32,000 bases of DNA from Opitutales bacterium. GTDB lineage: Bacteria > Verrucomicrobiota > Verrucomicrobiia > Opitutales > PNEW01. The DNA lies in contig CBDCNV010000001.1 of assembly GCA_965219535.1 (NCBI GenBank), positions 1,800,001 to 1,832,000 of the forward strand. The letters are read 5' to 3'. The position numbers were made by a program, and so were the translations under genes. Shown piece by piece: positions 25,931 through 32,000 of this stretch (positions within the stretch are counted from its first letter, which is position 1; every line of letters begins with the position of its first letter). The notes beneath the pieces were generated by a model that was given only the letters and a program-made list of their open reading frames with translations, was not told the origin of the DNA and did not search any database.

Positions 25931-28429
25931 ATGCTTTACCGGAGTCCAAAGAGAATCTACACAAATTCTGCACTGGAATTCTGGTTTGAAAGGTTGTCTT
26001 CAAATTGGGAAAAATATTTTTCACCAGAAGAATTATCCAATGGACGTTCGATTTACAGAAGCGGAGAGATTCGTGAAGTCGAATTGAACAATGGGGATGC
26101 GATCATCCATTACAAGCTGCACCAGAATGAGTACTATGCTTTGATCGATTGGGGAAAAGATCAATTTGAAATTCGCTACTCTACCGAAGATCGAATTTTG
26201 GGGAAATCACTAGCCGCGGCGGGGTTTTATGAAATTGAAGAACTGGTAGCGGACGAAATTTCACCTGTTCCATCGTTCGAGAAGACCACTGATGAAATAA
26301 AAGAAGAACATCCAGAAGAAGAGGTCCCTCATCCTGAAACTAGCGAGGAAAACGGGAGGGCCCTGATATTAAAACTAGATTCTACGTTTAATGGATTAAC
26401 TTTGGAAACTTCCTGGCAAGAAACCGAGAAACACTTAAAGGGGTCAAAATTGTTAAATGGCAGGCAGGGTATTGCTAAACTCAATTCAAAGGAACGTGAA
26501 ACGCTCATACGTCTGACATCAAAACTTCACAAAGTTGGTTTTACTAACCAAAAGAGAAAGAAAAAATATATTCTCAGTGATCATTCGCGTATTTGCTCTT
26601 TTCTCAATGAGGATCTCCCTACTTGGCATAATTATTTCAGAGTTGAGATTAATCACAGAGTCCGGACTCTGATCCGCGGCTTGCAATCGGTAGATGTCGA
26701 GGCTGTTGCGAAGACAGATAACGGTAAATTGAATCTTACCTGGATTATGCAGGTTGGAAATCGGACGCTTACGGACGAAGAGACCCAAATCATTCTCAAG
26801 CGTAGTCGGAACAGTGTGATTCTTCCCGATCTGGGAATGGTGAAGGTTCCAGAAGATAAAGCGGGCATCCTCGCCGATTGGCAAAAGTATCTTGATGAGA
26901 ACATTACCGGGGACCTGCCAAAGTACATGCTTTTCTCTCTCTTTGACCGACAGGTAATTCGCTTGAATCTATCTTCAGAATTAGAGCAATGGCGCGATTC
27001 ATTACTTGAACCGCCCCTTAAGAACGGAGTTCTTCCCGATTTGTTACGACCCTATCAGAAACGAGGTGTAGCCTGGCTGGCTCATTTATTTGAGAAAGAA
27101 TGTCATGCCCTCCTTGCGGATGAAATGGGATTAGGCAAAACTTTACAGACCGCGGCACTTATTGATTATCGTCCGATTAATGGAATGCGGCACCTTGTTG
27201 TCTGTCCTGCGAGTGTTGTTCCTGTCTGGAAAAATGAACTCGATAAATATTTCCCACATTTAAAAACAGAGGTCCTTAAAAGTAATCACAATTTTGTCAC
27301 ACATTCTGATCCTGTAATATGGCTTAGTAGTTACACACAGCTACGCCGACAAAAAGCGGTGCTTGATGAAGTAGAATTTGGGTACGCTATTTTAGATGAA
27401 GCCCAATTGATTAAAAATCCCGAAGCAAAAGTTACGATTGCCTGTTTGAATATAAAGGCACGCCATCGCGTGATACTTACAGGAACTCCATTGGAAAATA
27501 GACACCTCGATTTATGGACCTTGTTCCGTTACCTGATGCCCGGTCTTTTAGGTGGGCGACGTAAATTTGAAAAGTCTGTTCAGGATAATGAAACCGGTTT
27601 GCTCGAGAAACTTAATCGACAGATCGCCCCATTTGTCCTCCGACGAACGAAGAAAGACGTCATAAAAGAGTTACCGCCAAAACTGGAGATGAATCTGATT
27701 TGCCCGCTTACGGATATTCAGCAACAGCAATATATGAGTATTACCGAGCAGGGGATTAGTGCCCTGGGAGAAAATCTGAAAAAGGTCGCCAGCGAGCGGA
27801 CTATAAGTCTATTCACTCTACTCACTCGGCTTCGCCAAGTATGCTGTGATCCAGACTTACTGCCCTGGCTATCGGCTGATTTAAACCAGAGTGGGAAAAT
27901 AAATATACTTCTCGAGAAGTTGGAAGAGATTATCGCCAATGGCCATAAAGTAGTGATTTTCAGCCAATTTGTTTCACTCCTCAAGCGTGTCCGGTTGGGG
28001 ATAGAAGATAGGTTTGAATATATTCCTATTTACGAATTAACGGGAAAAACGCTTGATCGGGAGAAACCGGTTAAGCAGTTCCAGGAAGGAGATGCGGGGT
28101 CAATTATTCTCGTAAGTCTTCGCGCCGGAGGGACTGGTATTACCTTGCATGCGGCTGATTACGTCTTTCTTCTCGATCCCTGGTGGAACCCGGCGGTTGA
28201 ATCGCAGGCGATTGACCGAGTTCATCGAATTGGACAGGATAAAACAGTTTCTGTTTATCGAATGATTACAACTGGCACAATTGAGGAACGAATTGAAAGG
28301 TTGAAAATTAATAAACGAGAACTCTTTGATCAACTAGTTGGAGGAATCTCCGATATGAGTGATTTTAAAAACCATTTCAACTCTCTAAGTGAACTTATCT
28401 CATTAAGTAATACTAGCCTGACTAAATAA
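25931..28429 (+). CDS. SNF2-family ATPase/helicase with N-terminal SNF2-associated (SWIM-like) region
   Basis: 832 aa. Motif I is LADEMGLGKTLQT, motif II is LDEAQLIKN, motif III is LTGTPLENRHLDLW, and motifs V-VI are SLRAGGTGITLHAADYVFLLDPWWNPAVESQAIDRVHRIGQ. Confidence 0.9.
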   Translation: MLYRSPKRIYTNSALEFWFERLSSNWEKYFSPEELSNGRSIYRSGEIREVELNNGDAIIHYKLHQNEYYALIDWGKDQFEIRYSTEDRILGKSLAAAGFYEIEELVADEISPVPSFEKTTDEIKEEHPEEEVPHPETSEENGRALILKLDSTFNGLTLETSWQETEKHLKGSKLLNGRQGIAKLNSKERETLIRLTSKLHKVGFTNQKRKKKYILSDHSRICSFLNEDLPTWHNYFRVEINHRVRTLIRGLQSVDVEAVAKTDNGKLNLTWIMQVGNRTLTDEETQIILKRSRNSVILPDLGMVKVPEDKAGILADWQKYLDENITGDLPKYMLFSLFDRQVIRLNLSSELEQWRDSLLEPPLKNGVLPDLLRPYQKRGVAWLAHLFEKECHALLADEMGLGKTLQTAALIDYRPINGMRHLVVCPASVVPVWKNELDKYFPHLKTEVLKSNHNFVTHSDPVIWLSSYTQLRRQKAVLDEVEFGYAILDEAQLIKNPEAKVTIACLNIKARHRVILTGTPLENRHLDLWTLFRYLMPGLLGGRRKFEKSVQDNETGLLEKLNRQIAPFVLRRTKKDVIKELPPKLEMNLICPLTDIQQQQYMSITEQGISALGENLKKVASERTISLFTLLTRLRQVCCDPDLLPWLSADLNQSGKINILLEKLEEIIANGHKVVIFSQFVSLLKRVRLGIEDRFEYIPIYELTGKTLDREKPVKQFQEGDAGSIILVSLRAGGTGITLHAADYVFLLDPWWNPAVESQAIDRVHRIGQDKTVSVYRMITTGTIEERIERLKINKRELFDQLVGGISDMSDFKNHFNSLSELISLSNTSLTK

Positions 28430-28488
28430 GAGAAATCGTGATTTACTGCAATTCGAGAAAAGTTTAATTCAACCTTAAATAGAGAAAA

Positions 28489-29373
28489 ATGGATAATCCT
28501 GGTGTTATTCCGGTAAAGGTAAAAAGGATTTCAGATTCAGGTTCGGCGATACAATCGGATTCACTTGCGATTGAAGAGCCTCTGGAAATCCGGTTGGGCT
28601 ACATGCGTGACAGTAACCAATTACAACGCAACCTTTCTATTACCATGCGTACTCCCGGGCAAGATACTGAGTTGGCAACGGGGTTTTTATTTACCGAAGG
28701 TATTATCTCAGGTAAAAATCAAATTGAGACGATAAAGTATCCCTATCAAGCAGAGGGAGAGGTAAAGACGGATAACACGATCCTGATTAACTTGAAAGCG
28801 AACGTAGTTTTCGATTTTAAAAGATTAGAACGCCATTTTTATACAACTTCAAGTTGTGGAGTTTGCGGTAAAGCCTCACTTGAAGCCCTGAATCTACGCG
28901 AGTGTCCGGTTTTACCAAGAGCAACTCCGGTTATTTCAGCGGAAACTATTCATCGATTGCCTGCAATTTTGAGAGAGCGACAAACGGTATTCAGTTCAAC
29001 CGGTGGATTACACGCCGCCGCTCTATTTGACGATCAGGGCAAACTTCTAGACTTGAAAGAAGACGTGGGGCGGCATAATGCGGTAGATAAGCTTATCGGC
29101 GCACAAATTCTCAAAGATAATTTACCGCTTCATGATAATCTTATGTTAGTGAGTGGTCGGACAAGCTTTGAGATTTTGCAAAAAGCACTTGCCGCAAGCA
29201 TCCCAATTGTCGCAGCTGTGGGGGCGCCATCAAGTCTTGCAGTTGAGCTCGCGAACACCTTTAAAATGACTCTACTTGGGTTTGTGCGTGATGAACGATT
29301 CAATATTTATAGCGAAGCCCAACGGATAAATGATAAGAGCACGGTTGAGGGAACACCGTTATCGTCTGAGTAA
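28489..29373 (+). CDS. fdhD: Formate dehydrogenase accessory sulfurtransferase FdhD
   Basis: 294 aa. FdhD blocks are LSITMRTPGQDTELATGFLFTEGII, the catalytic loop SSCGVCGK, GGLHAAALF, GRHNAVDK and SGRTSFE. Confidence 0.9.
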   Translation: MDNPGVIPVKVKRISDSGSAIQSDSLAIEEPLEIRLGYMRDSNQLQRNLSITMRTPGQDTELATGFLFTEGIISGKNQIETIKYPYQAEGEVKTDNTILINLKANVVFDFKRLERHFYTTSSCGVCGKASLEALNLRECPVLPRATPVISAETIHRLPAILRERQTVFSSTGGLHAAALFDDQGKLLDLKEDVGRHNAVDKLIGAQILKDNLPLHDNLMLVSGRTSFEILQKALAASIPIVAAVGAPSSLAVELANTFKMTLLGFVRDERFNIYSEAQRINDKSTVEGTPLSSE

Positions 29374-29451
29374 ATCTATAGCTCTTGAGTTGATATAATT
29401 AAGAGATTATAAATATAGATTGAAAAGGTAATTAAGTATTTCTTCTAAATT

Positions 29452-30348
29452 ATGATCGATGAACGCTTATCATATTTTAATCGTTATTCCGGTCAAATTG
29501 AAGAAGAGGAGATTTACGGCGGACGTTATTTACGTTGGGTAACAACCAATCCATGGGGAAGAATAAGTCACTGGTCTTTGGTTAAGCGCGCCTGGTTTTC
29601 ACACTGGTATGGGTGGCGAATGAAACGTCACAGCAGTCAAAAAAAGATCCTGCCCTTTATTCATAAATATAAGATAGATACTGACGAATTTGAACAGAGT
29701 CCTGAATCATTTCGCACTTTCAACGAGTTCTTCTGTCGCTCGCTTAAGCGAGTGAAGCGGCCCATCGACACGGATCTAAATGCGGCTGTTTTTCCCGCGG
29801 ATGGTAGGCATTTGGGGTTTCAGGATATTTCTGAAATAGAGGGAATATTTGTAAAGGGTCAAATCCTCAAACTGGGTGAACTTTTAAATAATAATTCACT
29901 GATCGAGCGATTTCACGATGGTTCAATGGTTATCTCAAGGCTCTGCCCAATAGATTATCATCGCTTTCATTTTCCCGTAAGCGGAACACCGGGCAATCCG
30001 CAGCAAATAAACGGATTTCTCTCTTCAGTAAACCCCCTCGCACTAAGCCGTAATATTAATATTTTAACTGAAAATAAAAGAGTGCTTACATGCCTGGATA
30101 GCAATGGTTTCGGTCAGGTGTTGATTCTGGAAGTAGGCGCAACCTGTGTCGGGTCCATCATCAATACCTACGATCCTAACGTCCCTATAATGAAAGGCGA
30201 TGAGAAAGGTTATTTTTCCTTTGGCGGGTCAGCAGTGATCACGCTTTTTGAAAAAAGCCGAATTCAATTAGATGAGGATCTTCTCAAGCACAGTTTTGAA
30301 GGTCGTGAATTGTACGCGCACATGGGTGATCGATTAGGATTAAAGTGA
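29452..30348 (+). CDS. psd: Phosphatidylserine decarboxylase proenzyme (long form)
   Basis: 298 aa. It has the PSD motif DYHRFHFP and the self-cleavage site FSFGGSAV (Gly-Ser). Confidence 0.9.
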   Translation: MIDERLSYFNRYSGQIEEEEIYGGRYLRWVTTNPWGRISHWSLVKRAWFSHWYGWRMKRHSSQKKILPFIHKYKIDTDEFEQSPESFRTFNEFFCRSLKRVKRPIDTDLNAAVFPADGRHLGFQDISEIEGIFVKGQILKLGELLNNNSLIERFHDGSMVISRLCPIDYHRFHFPVSGTPGNPQQINGFLSSVNPLALSRNINILTENKRVLTCLDSNGFGQVLILEVGATCVGSIINTYDPNVPIMKGDEKGYFSFGGSAVITLFEKSRIQLDEDLLKHSFEGRELYAHMGDRLGLK

Positions 30349-30349
30349 A

Positions 30350-31801
30350 TCAGCGCCATCCGCGTTGACTATTCAAGTCGCGGCGGGGCTTATACTCGGG
30401 TGCAGAAGGGTCATCAATATTTCTATCTGCTTCTCCCACTAATTTACCTCCTTCGATCCAATCCAAATCTTTTCCATATAGATTTTCTATAAGTATATTA
30501 GTCAGACGTTCACGAATTTTCACACAGGAGGTGTCATTACCCAGATCATGCATTTCCTGGGGATCATTTTTTAAATCAAAAAGCTGAATATGATTCCCGA
30601 CAGGGAACCATATGAGTTTAAACTCATCCGCACGAATCATGCGAACAGCTTTGTCATCTTCATTATGTTCACAACAGAGATATTCTCTCTTCTCATCTCT
30701 GATTAGCGATTCTCCCTCTACAGTTTCTGGAATCGGTATATTGCATAAATCGAGCAGAGTTGGCATGACATCGCGCAAAGCGGCGAATCGTCCATCTTGA
30801 TGTTGATGAGCGACTCGATTATCATCAAAAGTGGGCGCGAGTATCATGGGTATTTTTGCAGAATTCTCGTACATCTGTGTTTTAGCCCAAAGATTGTGAT
30901 TTCCCAGCATATCACCGTGGTCACTAATGAACATAATGATGGTATTATCAAGCACCCCTTCCTCTCTTAAGGTGCCAATAAGCAATCTAATTTGATGGTC
31001 GATGTAGGTGCACTGTGCGTAGAACCCCGCACGTGCTTCACGAATTTCGGCTGCCGTATATGAAACCCATCTGCTGCGATGGCATTTTAGCGCGTAGGGT
31101 AAATTATCATAATCTTTTGCCCAATCCCCAATGAAGGGTTCATCCACCCCTAAATGCCTATACATCTCCAGATATTCCGCGGGGGGCACAATAGGAGGAT
31201 GGGGAGCCTGATAGGAACAATACCAGAAAGCGGGACGCGTTGGATCTCGACGCTGAATGGTATAACACATTTCCCTCGTCGTCCAATTCGTTGAGTGATA
31301 GCGCTCAGGTAAATGCCAGGGGCGAACGCAATATTCATTGCTTCCCATAGCATGGGTAAACTCCTGACCGTAATAACCTTCCTCGCGAAGAAATCTCTCA
31401 TAATCATCAACCACTCCCCCAAATTGATGGCGACCTTCCTCATTAAGAATTACCTCATCGAAACCAATCCGACTGCGTTGTGGGTAGACATGAAGCTTAC
31501 CCACCGCAAATGCTTGATAACCTGCCTGTCGAAAAGCAGCAGGCATTGTGGTTAAGTTAGGATCCATCTCAAGATGTTCATTAAAAGAGCGATCGCCGTG
31601 CGTTTGCGCTTTTGTCCCTGTCATTAATGCGCGTCTTGCGGGAATGCAAGTGGGGGTCGTGGTATAAGCTTCAGTATAGAGCACACCACTTGCGACGAGT
31701 TGATTAAGGGTTGGCGTTAATATGTGCTCATGTCCTCTGATCCCGAGCAATTGACCGGGCCAATGATCTACACATATCAATAGTACGTTTGGTTGTGGCA
31801 T
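30350..31801 (-). CDS. Cys-type sulfatase (arylsulfatase A family)
   Basis: 483 aa. The N-terminal metal site is LLICVDH. The formylglycine motif is CIPARRALMTG (CxPxR....TG), and SDHGDMLG is also present. No signal peptide is visible. Confidence 0.9.
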   Translation of the reverse strand: MPQPNVLLICVDHWPGQLLGIRGHEHILTPTLNQLVASGVLYTEAYTTTPTCIPARRALMTGTKAQTHGDRSFNEHLEMDPNLTTMPAAFRQAGYQAFAVGKLHVYPQRSRIGFDEVILNEEGRHQFGGVVDDYERFLREEGYYGQEFTHAMGSNEYCVRPWHLPERYHSTNWTTREMCYTIQRRDPTRPAFWYCSYQAPHPPIVPPAEYLEMYRHLGVDEPFIGDWAKDYDNLPYALKCHRSRWVSYTAAEIREARAGFYAQCTYIDHQIRLLIGTLREEGVLDNTIIMFISDHGDMLGNHNLWAKTQMYENSAKIPMILAPTFDDNRVAHQHQDGRFAALRDVMPTLLDLCNIPIPETVEGESLIRDEKREYLCCEHNEDDKAVRMIRADEFKLIWFPVGNHIQLFDLKNDPQEMHDLGNDTSCVKIRERLTNILIENLYGKDLDWIEGGKLVGEADRNIDDPSAPEYKPRRDLNSQRGWR

Positions 31802-31815
31802 ATCGTTATTTAGTA

Positions 31816-32000
31816 TCAGTTTTTCTCTGCGATCTTTTCAGTAGTGTATAAAACTATTCCGTTTTCATCGTAAAAATCAATTTTCGCAACAACCTGTTTC
31901 TTATCCTTACTCATCTTAACTGAGAATATCAAGAACCCGCCAGAGGGTTCTTGAGTGTTGTAGGGTTGCACAATCTTTGCTTCGGGATCCGAGGAATGAG
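31816..32000 (-). CDS. C-terminal fragment of a hypothetical protein (gene continues past the right window edge)
   Basis: My own minus-strand translation is open from the window edge to the TGA at 31818..31816: ..HSSDPEAKIVQPYNTQEPSGGFLIFSVKMSKDKKQVVAKIDFYDENGIVLYTTEKIAEKN*. It ends 14 nt before the sulfatase start on the same strand. I recognise no motif. It could instead be a 32-aa ORF starting at the internal ATG. Confidence 0.3.
   Translation of the reverse strand, partial: HSSDPEAKIVQPYNTQEPSGGFLIFSVKMSKDKKQVVAKIDFYDENGIVLYTTEKIAEKN

Noticed and set aside
25931-28429. The SNF2 ATPase as part of a phage-defence system (DISARM DrmD, Zorya ZorD or similar)
   Set aside because: None of the required partner genes (methyltransferase, PLD/DUF1998, ZorABC, helicase/nuclease pairs) is adjacent. 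The neighbours are glycosyltransferases, fdhD and psd.
1-32000. CRISPR arrays, tandem repeats, tRNA/rRNA genes, IS elements
   Set aside because: Reading all intergenic gaps (the longest is 339 bp), I found no spaced repeats, cloverleaf-like sequences or transposase-like ORFs. A computational scan (tRNAscan-SE, Infernal/Rfam, a CRISPR finder) would be needed to exclude small ncRNAs.

Overview
Gene-dense, moderately AT-rich bacterial chromosomal segment. I count 31 CDS, including two fragments cut by the window edges, and about 2.5 kb of non-coding sequence by my own gap tally. Most genes are housekeeping: glyA, purD, mpl, argA, a XerC/D recombinase, modAB, accA, xth, fdhD, psd, a fatty-acid desaturase and a UDG-superfamily glycosylase. 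Interspersed are envelope or accessory genes: an OMF-MFP-permease-ATPase efflux operon divergent from two glycosyltransferases, a secreted BNR propeller followed by a cyclophilin-fusion protein, a tandem TonB_C protein with an orphan receiver, a Cys-type sulfatase, a SET-domain methyltransferase and an SNF2 ATPase. The gene content (sulfatase, BNR propeller, SET domain, long-form PSD) suggests a PVC-group organism such as Lentisphaerota or Verrucomicrobiota. That is inference only. By eye I saw no rRNA, tRNA, CRISPR array, transposase, prophage or long repeat. I could not identify a clear-cut novel multi-gene system. The best leads are: (1) the efflux operon whose permease and ATPase look LolC/E-LolD-like and which is paired with two glycosyltransferases; (2) the secreted BNR propeller plus a cyclophilin fusion that lacks the catalytic Arg; (3) argA, whose conserved N-terminus has no canonical start codon, so ATT initiation is likely; (4) the eukaryote-like SET protein with a lysine-rich tail and an SNF2 ATPase with a degenerate SWIM module. 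All functional calls rest on motifs read from the translations and on recalled family consensus. No database search was run.
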